Shown piece by piece: positions 29,816-38,803 of a stretch of DNA of 55,512 bases. Within the stretch, counting starts at the first letter, position 1; every line of letters begins with the position of its first letter. The notes beneath the pieces are model-generated. The model did no database searches. It was not told where the DNA came from and was given only the letters and a program-made list of their open reading frames with translations. Made by a program: the position numbers and the translations under genes. Origin of the DNA: an uncultured Syntrophus sp. (GTDB lineage Bacteria; Desulfobacterota; Syntrophia; Syntrophales; UBA5619); contig CAZINF010000004.1 in NCBI GenBank assembly GCA_964540555.1, positions 1 to 55,512 of the forward strand, read 5' to 3'.

Positions 29816-29915
29816 CAGCCCTGCATGTCAAGATGTTATTATAGAAGTTATTATAGGGCTTTTGTCGAAAGCGGAGCAAAAACCCTGAACAGAAACTTCT
29901 TGACATGCAGGGCTG
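29816..29915. promoter_or_regulatory. Divergent sigma70-type promoters sharing a perfect 18-bp inverted repeat
   Basis: CAGCCCTGCATGTCAAGA (29816-29833) and TCTTGACATGCAGGGCTG (29898-29915); each contains TTGACA followed 17 nt later by TATCTT (minus strand) or TATCGT (plus strand). Confidence 0.7.
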
Positions 29916-30005
29916 TTCTACATATCGTACCCCCGCGCGAAGAGGCAAGTTCTCAAAAGTCGTATGGTTTACGGCCCCCTTTGAAGACATGGAGCTCATA
30001 AATTA

Positions 30006-30923
30006 ATGAAGAGATACATCGTCAGACGTTTTATTTTTGGGATTGTCGTTGTATGGATCGTATCCGTGATGATTTTTTTGGCCACACGGATCGGGCCTGA
30101 TCCTGCATTCATGATCGCCTCTCCGGGGGCGGACGAAGCGGAACTCAATGCGATCCGGGATCGCTTCGGCATGAATGAACCGCTGCCGGTGCAATATCTT
30201 ATTTTCATCAAAAAAGCGCTCCAGGCCGATTTCGGGGAGTCGTTGTATTACGGTCTGCCGGTTTCGGAGATTGTATGGCAACGACTGCCTGCTTCGTTGA
30301 TGCTCGTAGGGACAGCCAAGATCATCTCTTTGAGTTTTGGGATACTTGCGGGTCTGTTGGCAGCCAGGAGGCGCGGCAGTTTCACAAGTAATTTCCTGCG
30401 ATGGTTTTCGTTTTTGGGTTTGTCCATGCCCAACTTTTGGATTGCCATGCTGTTCATTCTCATTTTTTCCGTGACATTAGAGATTCTGCCTACGGGAGGA
30501 TATGGAACCTTCTGGCATCTTTTGATGCCGGCCTTTTCCTTAGGCTGGTATTTCAGCGCCGGATATACACGCATGACGGAGTCGTCTTTGCTGCAGGTTT
30601 TGAATACCGAGTATATTAAACTCTGTCGGGTGAAGGGACTCTCCGAACTGTCGGTGGTGGGAAAGCACGCCCTGAAAAACGCGCTTATTCCCGTAGTCAC
30701 CTTGGCGGGGATGAATATCGTGCTCATGGTTTCGGGCGCCGTCGCCGTCGAGATGGTTTTTGCCTGGCCTGGATTGGGACTCCTGATGTACCATGGCGCC
30801 GTCTACCGCGATTTCAATGTGGTGCAGGCCGTCATCCTGTTTATCTCCACCATGATGGTCTTTGTGAACCTGGTCGTGGATATCCTCTATGCATACCTGG
30901 ATCCGCGTATTCGGTATGATTGA
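30006..30923 (+). CDS. dppB: Peptide/nickel ABC transporter permease (DppB-like)
   Basis: PLPVQY, SMPNFW, EAA-like YIKLCRVKGLS..KHALKNALIP, VDILYAYLDPRIRY. Confidence 0.88.
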   Translation: MKRYIVRRFIFGIVVVWIVSVMIFLATRIGPDPAFMIASPGADEAELNAIRDRFGMNEPLPVQYLIFIKKALQADFGESLYYGLPVSEIVWQRLPASLMLVGTAKIISLSFGILAGLLAARRRGSFTSNFLRWFSFLGLSMPNFWIAMLFILIFSVTLEILPTGGYGTFWHLLMPAFSLGWYFSAGYTRMTESSLLQVLNTEYIKLCRVKGLSELSVVGKHALKNALIPVVTLAGMNIVLMVSGAVAVEMVFAWPGLGLLMYHGAVYRDFNVVQAVILFISTMMVFVNLVVDILYAYLDPRIRYD

Positions 30924-30944
30924 AAAACCATAAGGAAAAGAGAG

Positions 30945-31814
30945 ATGATGGGCACAGACACGATAAAATGGATAAAAGAAATCTGGAGAAGGATTCCAAG
31001 AGTCGCGGTGATCATTATCCTCCTGCTCATCGTTACCGCAGTGTGCGCCGACTTTCTGGCGTTGCATGATCCGGAGATCGGCGATCCCAGGCTGCGGTTA
31101 TTGCCGCCTGCCTGGAGTGCAGGAGGTCAATGGACATATGTTTTAGGTACGGATACCATGGGGCGGGATGTCCTCAGCAGACTGATCTTTGGATCGAGGA
31201 TTTCTCTGGTGGTGGCTTTTTCCGCCGTGATTATTGCCGGCTGCATAGGGACCTTTTTAGGAGTCATCGCCGGATTTTTCGGGGGCTGGGTGGACCAGGT
31301 CATCATGCGCTTTACCGACGCCTGGCTGAGTATCCCCACAGTCATGTTCGGGGTTCTCATGGCCGTCATCCTGGGTCCGGGGGTGTGGAATATCGTCATC
31401 ATCCTGGGCGGCACCTTTTGGTCGAGGTACGCCCGTGTGGTTCGGGGACAGACCCTGAGCATGAAGAGCAGGGATTTCGTACAACTGGCGAGGATTGCCG
31501 GATGCGGGAAATTCTGGATCATCCGAAAGCATATCCTACCGAATGTCTTCGACAGTGTGATCACGCTCTCCTCCCTGCAAATCGGAATCGTCATTGTCGT
31601 GGAGGCGTCTCTCACCTTCCTCGGGGTGGGGGTTGCACCGCCCACGCCTGCATGGGGACTGATGCTCTCCGAGGGGAGAGGCGGATTGCTGGCCGGTTAC
31701 TGGTGGCTGGTCATTTTTCCTGGAATAGCGATCGCCCTTTTGGTGACCTCTTTTAATGTGATTGGAGATTGGCTCCGCCGGTATCTTGATCCTTTTTATC
31801 GAAATATAGAGTGA
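30945..31814 (+). CDS. dppC: Peptide/nickel ABC transporter permease (DppC-like)
   Basis: LGTDTMGRDVLSRLIFGSRISL, KHILPN, EASLTFLGVG, PAWGLML. Confidence 0.88.
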   Translation: MMGTDTIKWIKEIWRRIPRVAVIIILLLIVTAVCADFLALHDPEIGDPRLRLLPPAWSAGGQWTYVLGTDTMGRDVLSRLIFGSRISLVVAFSAVIIAGCIGTFLGVIAGFFGGWVDQVIMRFTDAWLSIPTVMFGVLMAVILGPGVWNIVIILGGTFWSRYARVVRGQTLSMKSRDFVQLARIAGCGKFWIIRKHILPNVFDSVITLSSLQIGIVIVVEASLTFLGVGVAPPTPAWGLMLSEGRGGLLAGYWWLVIFPGIAIALLVTSFNVIGDWLRRYLDPFYRNIE

Positions 31815-32800
31815 GGACATTGGAAAAGAAAACACTATTGGAAGTTGTCGGATTGACCACGCATTTCTTCTCGTTTGCGCGTACACGAGTGGTAAAAGCG
31901 GTTGACAATGTGTCTTTCGCGGTCAAGACGGGAGATCGTCTGGCTTTGATCGGTGAATCGGGTTGCGGGAAGAGCACCGTGGCCGCATCCCTCCTCCGGG
32001 TTCTTCCCCCTTCCGGGGAAACGGTAAGCGGGAAAATCCTCTTCGAGGGAGAGGATCTCATGCTGAAAAGCAACCGGGAGATGACCCAAATCAGGGGCAA
32101 GAAGATCGGTATGATCCTCCAGGATCCCATGATGTCACTGGATCCGGTCTTTACCATCGGAGACCAGATCGGGGAGACCCTTTGCAAACACGCCTGCCTG
32201 AAAGGGCTCCCCCTGAGAGAGCGGATCATTGAACTCTTGACGGCGGTGAAGATCTCGGAACCTGCGCGGCGGATCAACCAGTGGCCGCATGAAATGAGCG
32301 GCGGGATGCGCCAGAGGATTGTGGGAGCGATTGCGATCAGTTGCGAGCCGAAATTGCTCATCTGCGACGAGGCGACGACGAATCTGGACGTCACCATTCA
32401 ACTCCAATATTTGAACCTGCTCAAAGAGTTGCAGGAAAAAACAGGCGTCACCCTGGTTTTCATCACGCACAATCTCGGGATCGTTGCGGAGTTGTGCGAA
32501 TATGTGATCGTCATGTATGCGGGTAAAATCGTGGAGCGCGCACCGGTAATGGATATTTTTGATACGCCTGCGCATCCCTATACAAAGGCGCTTTTGGATG
32601 CGGCTTTTGGGTTGCAGGATTTAAAGAAGCGAAAACCCATCCCAGGCGAGCCCCCCAATCTGGCCAATTTGCCTTCAGGATGCAGCTTTCATCCGCGTTG
32701 TCTGCGTGCGGATGATCGTTGCCGAAAGGAAGATCCGCTGGAAGTGAACTTGGCTGCTGCACGGAGCGCCAGGTGCTGGTATCCGGTAATGCAATCATGA
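31811..32800 (+). CDS. dppD: Peptide ABC transporter ATP-binding protein (DppD-like)
   Basis: GESGCGKS, MSGGMRQR, ICDEAT, HPYT, GCSFHPRC. Confidence 0.9.
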   Translation: MRTLEKKTLLEVVGLTTHFFSFARTRVVKAVDNVSFAVKTGDRLALIGESGCGKSTVAASLLRVLPPSGETVSGKILFEGEDLMLKSNREMTQIRGKKIGMILQDPMMSLDPVFTIGDQIGETLCKHACLKGLPLRERIIELLTAVKISEPARRINQWPHEMSGGMRQRIVGAIAISCEPKLLICDEATTNLDVTIQLQYLNLLKELQEKTGVTLVFITHNLGIVAELCEYVIVMYAGKIVERAPVMDIFDTPAHPYTKALLDAAFGLQDLKKRKPIPGEPPNLANLPSGCSFHPRCLRADDRCRKEDPLEVNLAAARSARCWYPVMQS

Positions 32801-32837
32801 ATGGGGATGGATTTCAAATCCGTCCCCATTCATGATT
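32793..32837. repeat. Near-perfect 45-bp palindrome (REP-like)
   Basis: AATCATGAATGGGGATGGATTT-C-AAATCCGTCCCCATTCATGATT, overlapping the dppD stop codon. Confidence 0.7.
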
Positions 32838-32888
32838 CAAGGTTCTTGCGACTTTTTACGAGATCGTCAATGAATGGAAGAATGCATA

Positions 32889-33881
32889 ATGGAACCAAAA
32901 GAGTATGATTATCTCCTGCAGATTAAAAATCTGAAGATGCATTTTCCGGTGAAGGCCGGGATCATCATGGACCATGTGATCGGATGGGTGAAGGCGTTGG
33001 ACGGCATTGACCTGACCATCAAGCCCATGAAAATTGTCGGGATGGTAGGGGAGTCCGGCAGTGGGAAGACCACCCTGGCTAAAGTTCTGCTGCTCCTTGA
33101 GAAGCCAACGCAGGGGGAGGTGCTCTTCAAGGGTAAAGAGATTCACTCTCTGGATGGTTCGGAGCTGAAGGCCTACCGTCGCACCATCCAGGCGGTTTTT
33201 CAGGATCCTTTTGCCTCTCTCAGCCCCCGTATGAGGGTGCATAAGATCATCACGGAACCTCTGGAAGTATCCGATACCCTGAGCAAGGAAGAGCTTGATG
33301 ACAAGGTGGTGGAAGTGCTGCAGCTGGTGGGGCTGGACACGGGACTCAGGCGGGTCTACCCTCATGAACTGAGCGGGGGACAAAGACAGCGAGTGGCCAT
33401 CGCGCGGGCCATCTCCACGAAATCGAAAATCATCATCCTGGACGAGCCTACTTCATCGCTGGATGTCTCCGTCCGCTTGCAGATCGTCAGTCTCTTGATG
33501 GATCTGCAAAGCACTCTGGAACTCAGCTACTTGCTTATCGGGCACGACCTGGCCATGGTGGCCTATATGTCCACGGACATAGGCGTGATGTATCTGGGGA
33601 AGATCGTGGAATTCGCCGAAACCAAGGAGCTGCTGGGAAACACACTCCATCCGTATACCCGGGCGCTCATGGCGGCGTCGCTGCCCGATCACCCCCGGGA
33701 TAAAAGGGAACGGGCCGTTGTGTCCGGAGAAATCGCAAGTCCTTTAAATGTTCCCCCGGGCTGCCGTTTTCACCCCCGATGTCCGGAGAAAAAATCGATC
33801 TGCGCGGTGCAGGAACCCCCTTTGTCCGCCGTTGGGAAAAACCATTGGGTCGCCTGCCACGTCGGCTACACAGGTCCCTAA
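32889..33881 (+). CDS. dppF: Peptide ABC transporter ATP-binding protein (DppF-like)
   Basis: GESGSGKT, LSGGQRQR, ILDEPTSSLD, HPYT, GCRFHPRC. Confidence 0.9.
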   Translation: MEPKEYDYLLQIKNLKMHFPVKAGIIMDHVIGWVKALDGIDLTIKPMKIVGMVGESGSGKTTLAKVLLLLEKPTQGEVLFKGKEIHSLDGSELKAYRRTIQAVFQDPFASLSPRMRVHKIITEPLEVSDTLSKEELDDKVVEVLQLVGLDTGLRRVYPHELSGGQRQRVAIARAISTKSKIIILDEPTSSLDVSVRLQIVSLLMDLQSTLELSYLLIGHDLAMVAYMSTDIGVMYLGKIVEFAETKELLGNTLHPYTRALMAASLPDHPRDKRERAVVSGEIASPLNVPPGCRFHPRCPEKKSICAVQEPPLSAVGKNHWVACHVGYTGP

Positions 33882-33883
33882 TT

Positions 33884-33960
33884 TTGATGGCTTCCTAAAA
33901 AGTCCAAAATTCCCTCCCTCTTGACGGGGTAGGGGGGTGGACTCTTTACGAAGCCGTCAA
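33884..33960. mobile_element. 77-bp MITE-like element with 21-bp imperfect terminal inverted repeats
   Basis: TTGATGGCTTCCTAAAAAGTC ... GACTCTTTACGAAGCCGTCAA; a lone related end GACTTTTTACGAGATCGTCAA lies at 32850-32870. Confidence 0.65.
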
Positions 33961-33962
33961 GG

Positions 33963-34457
33963 ATGACAGTGTACAGAGGTGATATGTCTGCCCCCTCGCG
34001 GTTCGCACTTATCTGGCTGTGGCTGCTTCTTCTGTCGGCCGGACCCGTGACCGCCGCTGCAGGACCGGATATCTGGATCGTCATTGCCACCGAGAGGCCG
34101 GAGAAGACGATTGCCTGCGTGCCGCTGCAAGCCGGAGAGCCCTTTCATCTCGATTATATCAACTCCATCTATCGGGAACCGGTGCGGGAGTCCTTTGTCT
34201 ATGAGCAAGGAGAGGGACTTTTCATCATCCAGGTGGAGACCCCTTCGGTCGGAGTCTTCGAATATCTCGGCCTGATCCCGGAGGAGCCGGGAAAGGCCCG
34301 GCTGCGGCTCAAGTGAGAGGAGATCCGGCTCCTGAGTACCGATTACCGGACCTACCGGTTAAGAGTAAGCGGGCTAGGCCTCCGGCTAAGAGGGTTCGGT
34401 CGCGACGGCCTGCCCCTGATCCTAAGGGTTATCACCGATCGGCGGTCCTGCCCCTGA
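33963..34457 (+). pseudogene. DUF1850-like exported protein with an in-frame TGA at 34314-34316
   Basis: Signal peptide, F.LDYINSIYREPVRE.F motif; the frame stays open 46 more codons after the TGA, to 34457. Confidence 0.55.
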
Positions 34458-34504
34458 CTCCTTTTTCTCCTTATTCTGAATCTCAAGCGGGTCCATGAGG
34501 ATGA

Positions 34505-34618
34505 CCCATACATGTTATCCTTGCTGATTCCGGATTCAGAGACAGTCTGCTGGCGACGATGGCGAAGATCCAGTCCGGCGAAACGAAGTGGTCAAGTTAC
34601 GATGAGGTCTTCAGATGA
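34505..34618 (+). pseudogene. C-terminal remnant of a type II antitoxin
   Basis: Reads PIHVILADSGFRDSLLATMAKIQSGETKWSSYDEVFR*, an antitoxin-like tail, with ATGA overlap onto the toxin start; no in-frame start seen for the N-terminus. Confidence 0.55.
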
Positions 34619-34930
34619 TCGCCCTTTTCAGCGATGACCGGGAGCGCATCCCGCAAGCCCCGCCTTGTAGACGGGGTTGGGGGGCGCATCGAAAAAAGAA
34701 CACTTCCTTGCCGGGAAGCCCCGCCCTGTGGGCGGGGAGCTTCACTTTGGCGATTCTCTGAAAAAACACTCAGCCCTGAAAAAGATCGTCCAGAAAAAGA
34801 TGGATATGGTTCTCACGAATCCCGTCGAGCTCGGTGAACCCTTGAAGGGGAGTTTACGCGGTTATTACAGCGTCCCGGTGAAGAAAGACTTCCTCATCAT
34901 TTACCTTTATTACTTGATTTGCAACCGAGG
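34615..34930 (+). pseudogene. RelE/ParE-family toxin interrupted by the 107-bp element and apparently truncated at its 3' end
   Basis: Removing 34639-34745 gives MIALFSDD|FGDSLKKHSALKKIVQKKMDMVLTNPVELGEPLKGSLRGYYSVPVKKDFLIIY. Confidence 0.75.
34639..34745 (+). mobile_element. 107-bp non-autonomous IS200/IS605-type element
   Basis: TGAC|CGGGAGCGCATCCCGCAAGCCCCGCC...GAAGCCCCGCCCTGTGGGCGGGGAGCTTCAC|; no target duplication; precise removal restores the toxin frame. Confidence 0.9.
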
Positions 34931-34939
34931 CCCATATAG

Positions 34940-35668
34940 TCAATATTTCCATATCTCATGTCCGAGGGGGCTTTTATTCAGCGTGTCACGCAAAAGACGC
35001 CATTGAGGCATAATCTTGTCCATATAGGCGGTAAACCGATCATTGTGGTGGCGTTCCAGCAAGTGGACCAACTCATGTACCAGTATGTATTCAAGGCATT
35101 GGACGGGCTTCTTCGCCAGTTCCAGATTTAGCCAGATCCGCCGCGCTTTGATGTTGCAGCCTCCCCACTTGGTTTTCATCTTCTTGATACCCCAGTCAGC
35201 AACGTCAACACCCAAGATCTGCTGCCATTTTTCGAGTAGTGGCGGTGCCAGGGCTTTCAGTTGCTCGCGGTACCATCGCTGCAAGACCTTCTCGCGCTGT
35301 TCGGCATCGGATCCCGGCCGCACGTAGATATCTATCGCTGCTTTGTTCCGCAGCACAACTTTCCCAGCACCACTGTGTTCGATCATATTCAGCCGGTAAC
35401 GCTGGCCCAAAAAATAATGGCTCTCTCCGTTGACCATCTCTCGCCGGGACTGCCGGGGCTGGGCGTCAAACTTCGCCTGCTGTCGTTTGATCCAGCCCAG
35501 CCTTGAGATCACCGCCAATTTTACCGCATCATCACTCACCGCTAGTGGTGCAGCCACCCGCACTCGACCCTGGGGGGGATATACCCCCAGGTGCATGTTC
35601 TTGATGGCCTTTCGCACTATTTCGATGGATAAGCCGCTGACTGTGATGCGATGTGATTCAGTATTCAT
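34940..35668 (-). CDS. YgjP/DUF45 M48-like metallohydrolase associated with type I R-M
   Basis: GESHYFLG, KKMKTKWGGCN, LEYILVHELVHLLERHHNDRF (HExxH). Confidence 0.9.
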   Translation of the reverse strand: MNTESHRITVSGLSIEIVRKAIKNMHLGVYPPQGRVRVAAPLAVSDDAVKLAVISRLGWIKRQQAKFDAQPRQSRREMVNGESHYFLGQRYRLNMIEHSGAGKVVLRNKAAIDIYVRPGSDAEQREKVLQRWYREQLKALAPPLLEKWQQILGVDVADWGIKKMKTKWGGCNIKARRIWLNLELAKKPVQCLEYILVHELVHLLERHHNDRFTAYMDKIMPQWRLLRDTLNKSPLGHEIWKY

Positions 35669-38600
35669 GCTGATTTTTCACCAGTTCCAACGTTTTTTCT
35701 GTGAGTTCTCCATCGTCCTGCAGGACGGACTTAATGGCCAGTTTTATCTTCTTGACCTTGAAGGGATTGCTGCGCCAATCGTCCTGTCGGTTTTCATGGA
35801 TTGCATGATGCACTTCAAGCGCCCGCACTTCGTCTTTGCCAAGATTGTCGTACAGAGCCCTTTTGGCAGCCGTATCCAGGGCGGTGGGGTAAACAGAACC
35901 CGTCGAGGGATTCTTGACCCTCCTGGTCAGTTCAACGATCCTGGCCAAGTATTCCTGATAATCCAGCACCTCTTTTTTACGTTGCTCGATCAGCGCGTCC
36001 AGTAGTTCCGACATTTTTTCGTAATACTTCGGATTGATCGGCTGCTCGTCGACGATCAATTTACGGACGTTGTTTTCGATGGTCTCCGCCACCGCCGCCC
36101 TGTTTTCCCTGATGCCTTTGGGCAGTTCATTTACCGCATCGGCGCCGCGCTCCACGATGAGCTGGATCAGCGACAGGTCGTCAAAGGCCGATATCTTCTC
36201 GCTTTCCTCAGCGCGAATATAGGTATCGATCAGATGGCGCATGGCCGGCTCGAACATTTTGAGGTCGATGTAGTCACCACTAGCCAGCTTTACTTCGTTG
36301 CGGACCTTGTCGAAGTGATCCACCTCGGTTTTGAGGGTAGCGATCTCCGGCATGGTGTAGCCGGCCTCTTCCAACTCGTTAGCCAGATTGGCAAAGGCGC
36401 GCAGCAAGGATGATGTGAGCGTGTACAGCGTCAGCCGCCTGGGTTCGTTTTCCTTGAGCTGGTAGGCGTTGCCGGAGTCTCTGGCACAGAAATAGCGAAG
36501 ATAGGCAGCAGTATCCTTGGGCGCCTCCACCGGTTCGCACAAAGCCTTGATGGCTTCCCACGCCTCCTCCAGGCGCTCACGCGCCTTGGTCAGGCGGTCT
36601 TCCAGCAATCCGGCCACATCTTCCTTGTCATAGCCGTCCAGCGCCCCGGAGGTATAGTCTTTGACCGTCCCCTCCAGGCTCTTGAACAGGTCCTTGTAGT
36701 CGATGATATATCCGTATTCCTTGTCGTCGCCGTCCAGTCGGTTTACCCGGCAGATGGCCTGGAACAGACCGTGGTCCTGCATTTTCTTGTCGATGTAGAG
36801 ATAGGTTGCCGGGGGCGCGTCAAAGCCGGTCAAGAGCTTGTCCACCACGATCAGGAGCTTCATCTGCCCCGGTTCTTCGACGAATTTTTTCTTGACCTGT
36901 TTCTCGAATTCCTCCGCCTTGTTAACCGCCGTTTCCGGGACTTCATTGAACCAGTCGGCCAGCATCTTCTGGTAGATGGCATACTGGTGCAGGTGTTCGG
37001 TCTCTCCTTCGCCGCTCTCCTCGCCTTTCAGATCTGCCGCTGATGGCCTATAGGAGGTGATGATGGCGCACTTGCCTCCCAGTTCGGTCTTGGCGAACAG
37101 CTCGTAAAACTTGCACGCCTGGTAGATGCTCCCCGAGACGAGCATGGCGTTGCCACGTCCATCCATCAGCCTCGGCCTTTTTGCCATGTCCATCAGGATG
37201 TCCGCCACAATCATTTCAAGCCGGGATTTTGAACTGAGCACCTTCTGCAGGGTTCCCCAGCGTTGCTTGAGCTGCGCTTTGGCAAGGTCATTGAGTCCCT
37301 TGGTCTTGGCTTCGAACCATTCGTCGATTTTCTTCTGCGAGGTGATGTTCTGATCGATGTCCCGCGCTTCATAGCGTAGATCGAGGATCACCTTGTCCTT
37401 CACCGCCTCGTCGAACTTGTAAGTATGGATGTAGCTGCCGAACACCTCGATGCTTTTCTGCTTGTCGGCCTTCAAGAGCGGCGTCCCGGTGAAACCGATA
37501 AACATGGCGCTGGGCAGGATCGCCTTCATCGCTTTGTGCAGCTCGCCGGACTGGGTTCGGTGGCACTCGTCCACAAAGACGAAAAGGTTGCCCTTTGCCC
37601 AAAATCCAGGCGGCAGCGCCTTCTTCAGTTCCTCGATGTAGCCGGGGATGTCGCCCTCCTCCTTGCCGCCGAACTTGTGGATGAGCGAGCACACGAGCCA
37701 CGGCGTTGTGGCGTTGAGGGTGGCAATCAGGTCCGCGCCGCTCCGGGTGCGGTAGATGTCTTCGTTAACGCCCTTGAATACCTTCTCGATCTGCTCATCC
37801 AGCTCCGTGCGGTCGGTGATGATCAGAACCCGGCCATCCCTCACATTCTCGCGGATCCATTTGGTAAGCCACACCATCGTCAGGCTCTTTCCGGACCCCT
37901 GCGTGTGCCAGATGATGCCGCCCTCGCCCCGCCTCACGCTCTCCTGGGCGGCGCGCACACCGAAATACTGGTTGTGCCGGCAGAGCTTCTTTACGCCGGC
38001 GTCGAAGACGATAAAGTCGTGGATGAGTTCAAGGAAGCGGGTTTTGTTGCATAGCTGTGCCAGCGACCGGTCAAGCGGGTTTTCGATAGTGCTCTGTTCT
38101 TTCCAGGCAAGGTAATATTTTTCCTTCGCTTCGATGGCGCCATAGCGGAGACCTTCGGTGTCGTTGCCGGCCATGATCCACTGCATCGTGGAGAAGAAGG
38201 GCTCAATGAAGATCTTCTTCTGGTTATCCAGGTTCTGGCGGATGCCCTCGGCTACCGAGACGGTGGAGCGCTTCAGTTCCAGCACGCCGAGCGCGATTCC
38301 GTTGACGTAGATCACGACATCCGGTCGTTTGCCGTGGGCTTTGGCATCCGCCCCGAGGACCGTGACCTCCTCGGCGATAGCAAAGTCATTCTTTTCCGGC
38401 CGCTTCCAGTCAATCAGCCAGACGGTCTGCGTATTCTCGCCCACGTCGGGCTTCACCTTCACGCCGTAGCGCAGCAGGTCATAGACGGCGCGGTTGCGGT
38501 CGTAGAGGCTTTTGCCGGCATCGCCGGCGGTCTTTTCGAGAATATGCAACGCCCGGCCGATCAACATCTCATCTTCCCCTCGCTTTTTCAGCCAGGCGTG

Positions 38601-38735
38601 CAGCAGGGCCGTTTCGATGTTGGCGTTCCCTTCACGATCGGTCCAGTCGCCAAGGTAGTCGTAGTCCAGATCTTCACGAAAGAGCTTCACGATGCGCTGC
38701 TGCGTCTTCATTTCCTTCTGACCGACCGTGCTCAT
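35658..38735 (-). CDS. hsdR: Type I restriction endonuclease subunit R
   Basis: RPDVVIYVNGI..LELK, IWHTQGSGKS, VDECHR, GFTGTP, DKLLTGFDAP, QAICRVNR. Confidence 0.96.
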   Translation of the reverse strand: MSTVGQKEMKTQQRIVKLFREDLDYDYLGDWTDREGNANIETALLHAWLKKRGEDEMLIGRALHILEKTAGDAGKSLYDRNRAVYDLLRYGVKVKPDVGENTQTVWLIDWKRPEKNDFAIAEEVTVLGADAKAHGKRPDVVIYVNGIALGVLELKRSTVSVAEGIRQNLDNQKKIFIEPFFSTMQWIMAGNDTEGLRYGAIEAKEKYYLAWKEQSTIENPLDRSLAQLCNKTRFLELIHDFIVFDAGVKKLCRHNQYFGVRAAQESVRRGEGGIIWHTQGSGKSLTMVWLTKWIRENVRDGRVLIITDRTELDEQIEKVFKGVNEDIYRTRSGADLIATLNATTPWLVCSLIHKFGGKEEGDIPGYIEELKKALPPGFWAKGNLFVFVDECHRTQSGELHKAMKAILPSAMFIGFTGTPLLKADKQKSIEVFGSYIHTYKFDEAVKDKVILDLRYEARDIDQNITSQKKIDEWFEAKTKGLNDLAKAQLKQRWGTLQKVLSSKSRLEMIVADILMDMAKRPRLMDGRGNAMLVSGSIYQACKFYELFAKTELGGKCAIITSYRPSAADLKGEESGEGETEHLHQYAIYQKMLADWFNEVPETAVNKAEEFEKQVKKKFVEEPGQMKLLIVVDKLLTGFDAPPATYLYIDKKMQDHGLFQAICRVNRLDGDDKEYGYIIDYKDLFKSLEGTVKDYTSGALDGYDKEDVAGLLEDRLTKARERLEEAWEAIKALCEPVEAPKDTAAYLRYFCARDSGNAYQLKENEPRRLTLYTLTSSLLRAFANLANELEEAGYTMPEIATLKTEVDHFDKVRNEVKLASGDYIDLKMFEPAMRHLIDTYIRAEESEKISAFDDLSLIQLIVERGADAVNELPKGIRENRAAVAETIENNVRKLIVDEQPINPKYYEKMSELLDALIEQRKKEVLDYQEYLARIVELTRRVKNPSTGSVYPTALDTAAKRALYDNLGKDEVRALEVHHAIHENRQDDWRSNPFKVKKIKLAIKSVLQDDGELTEKTLELVKNQHEY

Positions 38736-38803
38736 GGAGTCTCTCTCAATCCGTGGATAGAAACATTCTAATTTTGGTGGGTCTATAGGGGTGTTGTAGA
38801 AAC

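Noticed and set aside
34314-34316. Selenocysteine codon in the DUF1850-like gene
   Set aside because: There is no redox/Cys context and no convincing SECIS hairpin by eye; a nonsense mutation is simpler.
34677-35006. 109-aa ORF as listed in the track
   Set aside because: It is chimeric: the N-terminus comes from the inserted element and the tail is antisense to ygjP. The real gene starts at 34615.
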